This document shows, piece by piece, positions 25,068 to 36,669 of a stretch of 64,000 nt of DNA (positions within the stretch are counted from its first letter, which is position 1; the number at the start of each line of letters is the position of its first letter). Both the position numbers and the translations under genes were made by a program. The DNA is from Octopus bimaculoides (Eukaryota): the NCBI RefSeq assembly GCF_001194135.2, contig NC_068983.1, positions 48,679,007 through 48,743,006 of the forward strand. Direction: 5' to 3'. The notes below the pieces were generated by a model. It saw only the letters and a program-made list of their open reading frames with translations, ran no database searches and was not told where the DNA came from.

Positions 25068-25782
25068 TCAATTTAAATTTCTCGTGTCTCGATAGGTTTG
25101 TTCGAGAAAATATTCATTAAAATCCCACAGCTGCCCCAGGAAGTCAGGTATATACGGATGTAGACCAATATTTATAATAAGACTTACTAATTTGTTCAGC
25201 AAAACTACATAAAGATTAGGAATTAAAAATAAAACAGTTGTGCTAGATCGATGCAGAATGACATTTAGGATTGCAAATGAATCAAGTAATATCGTCAAAA
25301 AGTAGTGTATCCCTCAAAAGTCAAAAAATAATATATAAAACTGCCAGATGAAATTATTTTGCATCGGTATTTTGAAGACGAAATTCTGAGAAGATAATAT
25401 GAGAGTGGCAATGGAAAAAATGCGGCTATAGTAGTGATCAAGCTGAGCGTATGAGTGGCTGACTGAGAAGACGCTACTAATGATATACAGGAAATTCATA
25501 TTGTTATAAGTATTATGTAAAAATCAGCTTATATTAAAATGCGTTTACGTCATGACAAAAAAAAAATTATGACAATCTGAAAAATACAATCAATGTTGAA
25601 CATAAGAATTAATGAAGCAATTTAAAACAACGCAACCGTTTGAAATGTTTTTGAACCGATATATTTTTAGATGAGAAATACATCAAAATAATTAGCTCAG
25701 CAAGTGAACAGCTCACGTTCAGGACAACGGTTTTTGATGAGATGGAACATATATTGCTAATAAACAACTATTAATATCTTAC

Positions 25783-25790
<8 letters not shown>
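25068..25790 (-). pseudogene. Decayed intronless class A (rhodopsin-like) GPCR, TM3/4 to helix 8
   Basis: ORFs 25314-25499 and 25068-25298 are one frame broken by a single TGA. It contains HYYSRIFSIA (TM5 Y.RIF.IA motif), a hydrophobic TM6-like stretch, and SLIINIGLHPYIPDFLGQL (resembling NS.INP.IYA.R.PDFR.AL of TM7/helix 8). Upstream KRLRCFKLLH*FLCSTLIVF is TM4-like. Confidence 0.45.
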
Positions 25791-25834
<44 letters not shown>

Positions 25835-26435
25835 GTCCAACTCATTTGTAGACATGTGACATGAAGCTTCAATAAACAAATGCACCAGAATATCGAACGG
25901 AACAATTGAGGTTCATTTGACGAAAGTTGAATGTGCTCTATACAAAACAAGCTTCCATCCACCACGAAGTTACGCAGTGTTTCAAGGGAAGAAAAGCTCA
26001 CTTCGTTAGACATCATATGAAAAGTAAGCTCTTGAGAACTTTGATAAGAGAAACTGAAAGGGAGAGAGGAGATACTCGATGGTCTTTCAGGCTGTATCCT
26101 AAAATATTACCTCAGTAAAGTCCTGCGAAATAGGAGAAGTGAATATCCATGAGCCACTGCACCTGTAAGCAAGGTTCATGAAAAGATACTTCTGAAACAC
26201 GCTGTATGTGCAACACATGCACACTAGGGAGTGTTAACAATTTCCTGGCTTTCAGGATACGGTGAAAGGCATGGTTAGAGACCCAACCTTCCAAGGTCTT
26301 GTAAAGGGCCAAGACAAGTGAAAGACCGCTGCAATGTGTATGAATCTGAGAGGGGAGTATGTTGAATAAAATCATGACTGACCCGCCTGTAAGGTATTTT
26401 ACCCAAAGCCAGGCACTTTTCAGCATCTCCCCGTA
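25835..26435 (+). mobile_element. Internally deleted mariner-type DNA transposon
   Basis: 3' end encodes ...CMNLRGEYVE* (mariner C-terminal signature) and ends caggcacttttcagcatctccccgTA (TIR-like plus TA). Confidence 0.7.
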
Positions 26436-26667
26436 TATACATGCATTCACACATATATTCATTTGTACATGCAACACATCCATACACAAACACACACATA
26501 TATACAGAGAGACAGAGAAAGTGAGAAGGGGGAGAAATATATTAGTGGATATATGTATATTTCGAAGGTTAATACTGATTGCGTATAATTCTGATTTTTC
26601 GCAGTGTGTAGAAAAAATTCGAAATGAAAATATAACACATGCACATATATACATTATATATACATAT

Positions 26668-26705
<38 letters not shown>

Positions 26706-26715
26706 ACACACACAC

Positions 26716-27894
26716 ATTAGATTGAGGCATAATTCCTGAGCGTTTCTTTTTTTCAAATTTATTTTCAGCAAGAAAAAAAAAAACTAAAACAAATTAATCG
26801 ATAATATACTCTCCGTTGTTGTTTACGACTTCCTCCCATTGTTCAATAAGTCTTTCGATGCGTCAGAGATAGAAATCTCCCTGCCTTAACTCAAGGAATT
26901 CGTCCGACCAAGCTCAATTCCACGTCATTATTGAATGATACACCGTGCAAAGCGGTCGAAAGAGATGAAAATCTGACGGCGCCAAGTCTGAAGGGTGGGG
27001 CAGCACTTCCCATTAGAGTTCTTGAATCGTGGCTTTGGTTATATTGGTGATGTGAGGACGAGCCTTGTCACGATGCAGAAGAAAGTCATTTCGCCTACTC
27101 TTTTTTTTTTCTGAATTGTTCTGTTGAGTCGGTGCAGTTGTTGAACGTAATACTCTACAATGAGTGTTTGGTTGTACTCAAGCAGTACATAATGAATAAT
27201 GCCTTCTCTGTCTTATCATACACACAACATGGCCTTTTCGCCATTGCAAATGCTCTAAAGAAAACGCTTTTTGTGATCATGTGTTGAGCGATGTCGAGCA
27301 AGCAAACTGGTGGCGATTGTGGAGCGTTAATTTATATTGTTTCCGCTTAAAGTCTGTGGCACCCAAACGCCAAGCTTCTGAACTTTGACCATTGAATGAA
27401 GGTCGTTGACCACAGTTCGTGTATCACAATCCATCTACTTCGCCAATTCTCTGGTCGTTTGACGTGGATTTGTCTGAAGACATTGATTCAATCACTCTTG
27501 ATCAAACTCAATTCAGCGACTAGTGTATGATCTGTCCTTGAGGTCAAAATCCCCCCACCACTTTTTTTTTTGAAGCGCAAAAACCAACGGCGTTACTTTG
27601 AGGCGTTGCCCTTTCTCTATAGACAGCACAAAACGCATATGCAGCTTCGGCAGCCTTAAGACTTCGATTAAATGCAAAACACAAATGGTGTCGAAAATGC
27701 TTCGTTCAGTTGACATTCTATTTTAATGATCTGAATATACGCAAAAATCAATAAATTCAAAATTTTAAAAACTATCTTGTAGAGCAAAAAAATTTCTTTT
27801 AAGTAACATATAAAATTTTACGAATGCGTTTTATTTCTGCGTGCATTTTTAAATTTGAGAAAAAATTACTCATGAATTATTCCTCAACTCAGTA
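26716..27894 (-). mobile_element. Mariner transposon, both TIRs present, transposase decayed and internally deleted
   Basis: TIRs ttagattgaggcataattcctgag (26717) and ctcatgaattattcctcaactcagTA (to 27894). Minus-strand pieces GDFDLKDRS, NPRQTTRELA, KVQKLGVWVP, HRDKARPH, WEVLPHP.SDLAPSDFHLFR, NNGEYIID. Confidence 0.9.
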
Positions 27895-28076
27895 TTTATT
27901 CACGAAAATGCCCGGGTAAATAATGATGATAATAATAATATATATTATTACTTACCTGGGTATTTCAATTTTCAACTTACTTCATATGTTACAGTTCTAT
28001 ATTTTTGAGATGAGGAATTATGTACCTTATTTGCATAATTTACATTTGACGGATATTTGTTATCTTGTTTGTTGCT

Positions 28077-28122
28077 AACACAACGTTTCGGCTGGTATAC
28101 CATCCAGCCTTCATCAGGTGTC
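28077..28122 (-). ncRNA. Minimal type I hammerhead ribozyme motif (intact)
   Basis: GACAC-CTGATGA-A-GGCTG-gatggtatac-CAGCC-GAAAC-GTT-GTGTT: stem I GACAC/GTGTT, full catalytic core, 5-bp stem II, palindromic AACGTT stem III. Predicted cut between 28082 and 28081. Confidence 0.8.
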
Positions 28123-28329
28123 TTGGGGAAATTTCGAACCTGGGTTCTCATTCCTAAGGTATTTTTCGATGTTATTATTATTCAGGTCACTGCTTGGAAT
28201 GGAACGCGGAATCTTGGGGTTAGTAGCCCGCGCTCTTAACCACTATGCTATATGCCCGCGAGGCATATGGCATAGTGGTAATAACATCGAAAAATACCTT
28301 AGGAATATCCAGGTTCGAAATTTCTCCAA

Positions 28330-28372
28330 GACACCTGATGAAGGCTGAAGGGTGTATCCGCCGAAACGTGTT
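28330..28372 (+). ncRNA. Hammerhead ribozyme motif, degenerate copy
   Basis: GACAC-CTGATGA-A-GGCTG-aagggtgtat-CCGCC-GAAAC-GTGTT: one stem II mismatch and a 3-nt deletion at the cleavage triplet. Confidence 0.6.
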
Positions 28373-28469
28373 AACACCAAACAAGATGAAGACAAATGTC
28401 CGTCAAATGTAAATAATATAAATGATGTAAATTACTTCACATGATTCACATACTCTGCTTTTTGACAAC

Positions 28470-28960
28470 GGAAGACGATCAAACATATATCCAATATTCA
28501 CTGTTGATTTCAGTTCTAATTGTTCCTTTGCGAGAGGTCCTTTAAAACTCAGTGATGAATCATCTTTCCGCCCAGATATTGCAATCAGTCCTAACCACAT
28601 CTCTCCACTTGTTCCGATCTAGAACATCAATTTCCCAATCACTTTTGTTCATATCTAGATTCTTCAGGTTTTTCTTCACAATCTTTATACCTTTTCACTA
28701 TCTTTATACCTTTTCCTCGGCTTGTCGTCGCTTACCAGAGATGAAGTCACTATAAAAAAGGACGCTTTGGCAATCGCTCTTCTTTCATTCTAATAACATG
28801 TGCATCCCATCTCATTTGAGCCAAGATAACACGTTCAATTGAGCTACAACCTGCCATGTGCAAAACGTCTATGTCTTGTATGAAACATTCCCATTTGACT
28901 CCCGAGAGGCATTTTGATGAAATTTCTCCAGCATTTTCATATGATGCACGTAAGTGGTCC
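28470..28960 (-). mobile_element. RTE-clade LINE 3' fragment
   Basis: AQMRWDAHVIRMKEERLPKR and WEIDVLDRNKWR correspond to the RTE C-terminal motifs QLRW.GHV.RM...RLPK and W...A.DR..WR. Confidence 0.8.
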
Positions 28961-29834
28961 ACGTCTCATTCAAATAAAAAAAGAGCAGTCAATAAACACG
29001 AAATGCCCATGTAGGTAATAATCTTGAAGTCCAACCGCCTCTTACGACTTGTCATATTTCACAAAACTTGTATGCAAATACCTTTACTTAAACGACATAC
29101 GCTAGTTCACAAAAAATATTCATTCAAAATCAGATTCTAAAGGACAAAAACGTAGAACAAGCTTGAATGAAAAATGTTACTTCTGTTTTAAATTCTGTCA
29201 GTCATCAGCTGATCTTAAGTGATCTGAACGCTTATCAACGGAGGGATTGTGCTGTGTGATAGGGTGTGGTGTGTTGATGGGATGGCTATCATCTATCAAG
29301 ATGAAGCTTCATCATATATCTAAATATATGTATATATATGTATATACATATACACCTGTCAATACACACACATAAGCGCACCACACACAGAAGCAAATAT
29401 GCATATACAAATAAGGGTAGCAATGGATTATATGGCTGTATATTTTGAATTATTACTAATTTTATCTTCATTAATATAGTGTATCAGATAATAAAGTTTG
29501 TTTATTTCTACTATATTTCTTCCCTGGAGAGCGATGTCTTAAAGCCCAATTATTTATAATTAATCATAAGCATATATGTTAAGTTGGACCCTGTTGAATG
29601 GATAGTAGAAACAGAAACGTATATGCACAAATCACTTCACACATACACTTCAATATACTTTGTTAAATTTCTTCATTTTACTTTGAAGCAGTTTCACAAC
29701 TGGCAATATATAAACCGTCCATTTGTATTCAAGTTAAGCATGTTTAGCTGGAACAAATTTGAAACGTCATATGTACAACCCTTTCTATTTTTGGCAGAAG
29801 ACCGGCATTAATTATTTTAGCGACGAGCAAGTCG

Positions 29835-29970
29835 ATTAATTTGACCAGAGTGCATAAATGGAATTTATTTTACTGACCCCGAAAGGATGAAAATCAAAGA
29901 CGACAAAGCTGCAGTTGAACTCAGAATGTAAAAAGGAAGGAAATTCGCTTAGCCTTTTATGCAATGCCGT
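29835..29970 (-). mobile_element. Degenerate SINE of the family nested at 45089-45284 (Meta-domain-like)
   Basis: ttttactgaccccgaaaggatgaaaatcaaag...gaactcagaatgta is the reverse complement of the ttcatcctttcggggtcgataaa domain. Confidence 0.65.
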
Positions 29971-30570
29971 TAAGTTTCTACCAGTTTGTCATGTTCGGAA
30001 AGCTATTTTTATAGTAAAACACATTTCTCAACAACCCAAGTTGTCAATTCTTCCTTCATATTCATATTCCGTTCGCTAATTATTCTCAAAATATCTGACA
30101 GTTTGCCGGCTTAATTTCTTGTGATTGTACTGGATGTTTTGTTCCGCTGTCCGTTTATTCTGTTTTATTCAGATATAAATTACATTATTGTTTTAAAAGA
30201 AAATACTCCATTAAACATTGTCATATTTAACAATGTCTTCTGAGAAAAAGTGAAAATTTTTTAAACAATTTTTACACGATTATGTAAATTCAACACTCAA
30301 TTTTCAAGCTTTATGATGTTGTCATTTCTCCCTTTGGCTTTAATACTAATGGATTTCTATGAAGTATGACAATAGCGTCGTGAAGTATTATGTATTATAT
30401 TTTAACATATTATAGCCATTTGATATTTCTCTCGTGCATCAAGCTAGATATTAACTTTTAAATTGTGCCTATGTCAATATTAGCAAATGCATATGCTCCC
30501 TCATACACAATTCGTATAATGCTTACATAGATGCGTATATTTACATACATGTGTGTGTGAGTTTATATGT

Positions 30571-30611
<41 letters not shown>

Positions 30612-30798
30612 TATATATATATAATGTCTGGCCTACAAACAGGGAGAACTGTTTTGTAACCAAATACAAAATTAACACTGAAAAATAGTACGTTGTAGGA
30701 AAAGTAAATGTAAGCTAGAAAAGGGAAATGTGATTACGGAAATGTAGGAACGTTTCTCTCTATATATAAGCAATACTTTTCAAACAAGAAAATCATGA

Positions 30799-31058
30799 CA
30801 CTACGCCATACGCCCATGGGCATATATGGCATAGTTGCTAAGAGCGGGGGCTACTAACCCCAAGATTCCGAGTTCGATTCCAGGCAGTGACCTGAATACT
30901 ACTTATAATGAAAATAACATCGAAAAATAGCTTAGGAATGAGAAACCAGGTTCGAAATTTCCCCAAGACACCTGATGAAGGCTGGAGTGTATATCAGCCG
31001 AAACATCGTGTTAACAACAAACAAGATGAGGACAAATATCCGTCAAATGTAAATAATA
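30799..31058 (+). mobile_element. Hammerhead-bearing tRNA-headed element with a 17-nt inverted stub at its 5' end
   Basis: cactacgccatacgccc-at-gggcatatatggcatagt; tRNA-like head 30818-30892 with B-box GAGTTCGATTCC; same body and tail as the 28 kb copies. Confidence 0.85.
30967..31012 (+). ncRNA. Minimal type I hammerhead ribozyme motif (stem III variant)
   Basis: GACAC-CTGATGA-A-GGCTG-gagtgtatat-CAGCC-GAAAC-ATC-GTGTT; core and stems I and II intact, triplet ATC instead of GTT. Confidence 0.7.
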
Positions 31059-32518
31059 TACTGGTAAAGGTGTCTGAGTTTCAATCATAGCAAAGAACTG
31101 TTTAAATAAGCGGAAACTTAAAACTGAATTTCAATATATACAATTTCTAATTACCATGTGAACATTTTACAACTGAAACTATGTAAGAATCAATAGAAAT
31201 AACATGAGCCATTGTGATACCTAAGGAAGTTTGAAAATGTTGCATCGAAAACAGAGACGGTGGGAGGGTGCTACCGCTTTTGCTGCTATGAGTCGCTTTA
31301 ATTATAAGACGAGATTATTCAAGCAAGATGCTACCGTAATTCCAGTAAAACAATTGACCGCATATCTTCTGGCTTTCCGTTATTCCAAACTTCTTGCTTA
31401 TCCTTATATAAATTTTAGTTGGTAGTTGTGTCTGCTGAAGAATGAGGTGATATCTTGACTTGAAACATATGAAGTATGATAAACGGGCAAGAAATCCAAT
31501 ACATTGCAACGCAGAAACATTTGGAAAATCTGTCTACCATTAATAACACGTCATGTGAAATTGTAGCTATAATGGTCTACATTCATCTAGATCCTTTATC
31601 TGCAAAGATACGTAAGGATCTGGTGAAGTAACTGTGAAAATACGCTTATTTCGTAATTGGATTAGTGGGAAGCATTACCAATTGGAGTATTACACATGAA
31701 AAGAAATATATACCAAAAAAGATTAAAGGCAAAATTTACCAGTGTGTGTGTGTTTCTATTTACATTCCAAAATTATAAATCTTGTTGAAGCAATCAAAGC
31801 CGTAGACTAGAAACGTGTTCAGTTATAACACAAATCATAAACGCTTGTATGTCTCCCACTAGTCCAGTTACGATACGTAACAAGTTCTTAGAGGTGACAT
31901 TCAGCAAACTATTCGAGTCTGTATTGACAAAAATGCAAATTTGAGTCTTAAATTTTGTATCGTGTCTCACATATTCGAATTCGTATGTAGAAGGTAATTA
32001 TAACGTAGATAGCTACGGAAAATGCAAATTAAAGCAAAATGCACTTTATAGATTCATGTGTTATTCAGTTTCGGAGATCAACATTTTTAACATGTCACTT
32101 GATCAGAGATGGTGCGTAGAGATGGAAACAAAATGATGAAAAAGACATTCTAGTTATTCAGTAGCTCATTAAGCTCTTAAATTCACTTTAAATACAAATT
32201 TCATTTAATGGCGTGTCGTGATTTTTGTCACACAACGGCGACGTGGTTACCGACACAGGCGTACAGCCACATCATTCCGTTTATTGCTAATTCTTTTATC
32301 TGCTCTGATTTCTTTTATAATTTCAACGTATTTTTTCCAGTTTCAGGATAATAATTGCTGTTCACATACTTTATTTCTAGACTTACAAATCAAATTATTT
32401 GCTCATAGCTGATATTTCATTTTTATATATTTATTAAATTTCATTTCATTTGGTCTCTTACAACTGGAAGTGTTTGAAGACATAATCTTACACTTAGGCA
32501 TACATACACGTGTGATAT

Positions 32519-32556
<38 letters not shown>

Positions 32557-34333
32557 TGAAATTTCTAACAAGATTGGCATATGCTATTTCTGACTGGTTT
32601 AGTATATTGTAGTTTAAAGGATGATTTAGCTTAAGTCTTTATTATTTATCTTAAGTCTTTCCAGCTTCGTAAATTTGCATTGAGAAATATACCTCGTAAC
32701 ACTCGTTTAATTCTTTATTCTGCCATCACACTAGCTTCGAAATTATGCCACACAGTCACGTTGTTACATTACAGAACAAAAAAAATTGTTTGAATATTTT
32801 ACTGTTTCTTTTTCTTTTCTTCAAATCTTATATAAAGTTTTATGACATTACTCTGTTAATAGCTGCCAAATGTAAGAATACAGCATACACACTACATGAC
32901 AAAATGGCTGTTATTTGATCCGTGTTTAAAAATGAAGGCGAAAATCTACGCATCTCGTGTTACATTTCTCCAAGTCTAGTCTAAAATACAAGAAAATATC
33001 ACGTAATATTCCTTAAGCTTTTGATAAACGTTGACGAAAAACTGTTTTATATAGCTCATTACATCTAAAATTTCTTCAAATCAATTTCCTTTGTTTATAG
33101 CAAGAAGACAATGAAACAGTAAAAAAATACACAATATATCTCAATTTACTTTTAATGGCTTCATAGTTTTGAATAACAATGGATATTATTGTTTTTCTAC
33201 TGTTCTTGAGTTAAAATAAACGCAATCATGAGTTGATGTAAGTAACATTAATGCGTACGCCTTCCGTTATAAGGAAAAATGTCTATATTTTCTTATTCTT
33301 TTAAACTTTAATATTCTATTTCTAAAATGATATTTTGGCACCGAATTGGTTAGCTATAGAAATTTGGTAATTTACGTACTTTTAATAATGCTGATGTTTA
33401 ATAGTAGCCTCAATAGTATAGTAGTTTGTTTACGGTGTTCATCGAGCAAAAAATATCACGTATGTATATATAAAAATTTAAAAGTTTATATACATACATG
33501 AATATATATGTACATATATAATCAAACACGTGTGTATATATATAATATACATGTATGTATATGCATACATAGACATACATTTAATATATATAATGGAGAG
33601 AAAGAAGGAAATAATTTTTGGTAATTATAAGAATTGTATTAGGAAGAGTCCATGTAAATCATCCTTGGTAAGTGGAAATTAGAAAACACTACAATTGTTC
33701 TTAGACATTATTGCAAGCAAAAGAATATATAAACACTTCAAGTTCTTAATTCTAAAAATACATATTCTATTATACCGGTCGAACTGCATGAGATCAGGTA
33801 GCATTAATCTATCAAAATGTAGACGTGTATGTGTAAATAAATAAATATATATATATATATATATAAACCTGTGTGTGTGTGTGTGTGCGCACGCACACAC
33901 ACACATACGCCCATAATATATATATATATATATATANNNNNNNNNNNNNNNNNNNNNNNNNNNNNNNNNNNNNNNNNNNNNNNNNNNNNNNNNNNNNNNN
34001 NNNNNNNNNNNNNNNNNNNNNNNNNNNNNNNNNNNNNNNNNNNNNNNNNNNNNNNNNNNNNNNNNNNNNNNNNNNNNNNNNNNNNNNNNNNNNNNNNNNN
34101 NNNNNNNNNNNNNNNNNNNNNNNNNNNNNNNNNNNNNNNNNNNNNNNGTATGTATATATATATAAATATATATATATATACTTATGTATAGATATAGATG
34201 TACGAGAGTAAGTAAGAAATTGTAGATATTCATTTTTGGAGTACGCATCAGCCGATATAGTATCATGCACATCTACTGCACTCAACTGTTGTAAAGAATC
34301 ATTTTTAACGTAAAATTGTGAAATGTACTTACC

Positions 34334-34737
34334 AGTGACTGTGTGGTAAGTAGCATGCTTACCAACCACATGGTTCCGGGTTCATTCCGACTGCGTGGCA
34401 CCTTGGGCAAGTGTCTTCTACTACAACCTCGGGTCGACCAAAGCATTGTGAGTGGATTTGGTAGACGGAAACTGAAAGAAGCCCATTGTATATATGTATT
34501 TATAAGTATGTGTGTGTGTGTATACATTTGTGTATCTGTGTGTGAATCCCCAGCATCGCTTGACAACCGATGGTGGTGTGTTTACGTCTCCGTAACTTAG
34601 CGGCTCGGCAAAATAGACCGATAGAATAAGTACTATGCCTCCAAAGAATAAGTCCTGGGGTCGATTTGCTCGACTAAAAGGCAGTGCTCCAGCATGGCCG
34701 CAGTCAAATGACTGAAACAATTAAGAGAGTAAAAGAG
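34334..34737 (+). mobile_element. tRNA-derived SINE with internal microsatellite (major family)
   Basis: gtggtaagtagcatgcttaccaaccacatggttccggg...cttgggcaagtgtcttcta...gacggaaactgaaagaagccc-(microsatellite)-catcgcttgacaaccgatg...cagtcaaatgactgaaac. Confidence 0.9.
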
Positions 34738-34828
34738 TGATAAACATATATTCACATATACACATAATTGCAAACACATATGAATTTGAATATACACACA
34801 TCTGCGTGTATGCATGTATGTGGATATA

Positions 34829-34864
<36 letters not shown>

Positions 34865-35030
34865 CGTACACACACACACACACACAAACATAGTACACAC
34901 ACACACATATAGAGCTGGGACAAAGTTCGTGTAGGAGTGGTGACGTGAAACGCTCCAGACAGAGGAAATCAGAAAGACCACGTTGACGCTCCATAATGAT
35001 CGCAGCTGCAAGGCTTAAACGAGTAAAAGA

Positions 35031-35065
<35 letters not shown>

Positions 35066-35688
35066 AGCAATACAAACGCACAGATTGAAGGATTGTTCAA
35101 TATACAATAAAACATTATTAGCGAAATCACGAACGCTATATTGTGCTTTATTATTTTTATATGCCTTCAGAATAATACGTCGATAACCGCTGACATTATT
35201 GCCAGACGTTAAGAAAAAATGCATGGGCGTCATTCTCACTAATAGCGCACAAATGTTCACGCTACGGCATGTACTGTGTGTATCGAAGTATATATATGCA
35301 CCAGCATGACCGCAGCCACTTGGCTGAAACACATAAATAAATAAATAAATATGTCTGTGGAACTATATTCATAACTGCACATACGTACGTATGTATGTGC
35401 ACATGTATGTGTGTAGCCATGTTTATGTTTTTGTTATATATCGAATCAAAATTAATATATAAATACATAGTGATAAAGAAATTATAGGATAGGTACGAGA
35501 CCAAAGTAATCAGATTCGTTTCCTTAGGTTGGGGAATTTTGCCAAATGCACACATACACACACACACACATTTGTAATATATACATATGTACAAAGACAC
35601 AAACACTCACACACACACAGAGACACACACATATCTATAGACATATATGTATATATACATATATATACACATATACATACATGTATGT

Positions 35689-35739
<51 letters not shown>

Positions 35740-35899
35740 CGTGTATGTGCGTATGTAAACTTGTTTACCAATAAACGTTATAATCGTTTCTATTCAGTAT
35801 CATAAGAAAGAGAATGGTATTTATTCAATTTCTTTCGTTTTCTAACAAAATATTTCATTTCCATTATGCGCATATATATATGTATATATAATTATATAT

Positions 35900-36110
35900 T
35901 TTATTCTTTTACTTATTTCAGTCATTTGACTGCGTCCATGCTAGGGCATCGCCTTTGGTCGAACAAATCGCCTCCAGAACTTAGCCTTTGTAAGACAAGT
36001 ACTTAATTTATCGGTCAGTTTTGCCGAACCGCTGATGTTACAGGGACTTCAGCACACCAATATCGGTTGTCAAGCGATGATGGTGGGGTGGAGGGGACAA
36101 ACACACACAT
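35900..36110 (-). mobile_element. 3' half of a major-family SINE, interrupted by a Tc1-like element
   Basis: ttcagtcatttgactgcgtccatgc...tcggttgtcaagcgatg, ending in the CA/TA tract where the Tc1-like end begins. Confidence 0.85.
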
Positions 36111-36119
36111 ACATATATA

Positions 36120-36665
36120 CAGTATGTCCCAAACATCGCTGATGGGATTCAATTTTTAATAACGTCCATAACTTTACAAATAAATGCATGAAATTTTCAT
36201 GCAATATAAAGGACATAATGGAATTAATATGCACCAGTCACATTTTGCAAAACCACTTTACCACATATGAAAAATGACATTGCTCAAACTTTCACCATAA
36301 GACCCTTGAGAGTTCCAGACCCCACTTCTCTGTTTCTCTATTGATACTCTCCCTCAGTTGCACCATAGTCTCCGGTTTGCTGACGTAAACCCACTTTTTC
36401 AGATATACCTACAAGAAAAAAACTGGGCTAGTCAAGTCTAGGGAACATGAAAGTCAGTTGATATTGTCGTAGCGCAAGATTATCCTCTCTCCAATGCACT
36501 GGCGTAGCAACTGCGTTGCTTCTCTTGTGGTATGAGCCGTTGCCCCATCTTGTTGGAACTATGTGTGAGGTCTACTTTGGATGGTCTTGACGCTCTCTAG
36601 ATTTGACTAGTCGGAATCTGACAATGTGTGTGACAGATCCAATTGCTTTCCTTAAACGATACCGG
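36120..36665 (-). mobile_element. IS630-Tc1-mariner superfamily (Tc1-like) transposon 3' fragment
   Basis: Terminus TA-CAGTATGTCCC; minus-strand pieces FQQDGATAHT and LDLTSPVFFL*VYLKKWVYVSKPETMVQLRESI parallel ...SPDLTP.DFFLWG.LK..VY..KP.T. Confidence 0.8.
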
Positions 36666-36669
36666 AGCC

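Larger units (their letters stand above)
27990..28430. mobile_element. Head-to-head palindromic dimer of a tRNA-headed, hammerhead-bearing SINE-like element
   Basis: Minus monomer 27990-28257 (tRNA-like head, AAT tract, body, ribozyme, tail) joined at tatgcccgcgaggcata to a plus monomer 28262-28430 that lacks most of its tRNA part. Confidence 0.85.

Noticed and set aside
25068-25499. NUMT interpretation (TGA read as Trp)
   Set aside because: The peptide does not resemble any mitochondrial protein I recognise; GPCR motifs fit better.
27911-27960. TTACTTACCTGG as a U1 snRNA 5' end
   Set aside because: Match stops after about 11 nt; it is the reverse complement of a donor-like sequence within a small AT-rich inverted repeat.
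31435-31472. CTGAAGA...GAAACATATGA hammerhead-like motif
   Set aside because: Stem II is poor, the essential U of NUH is missing and stem I does not pair.
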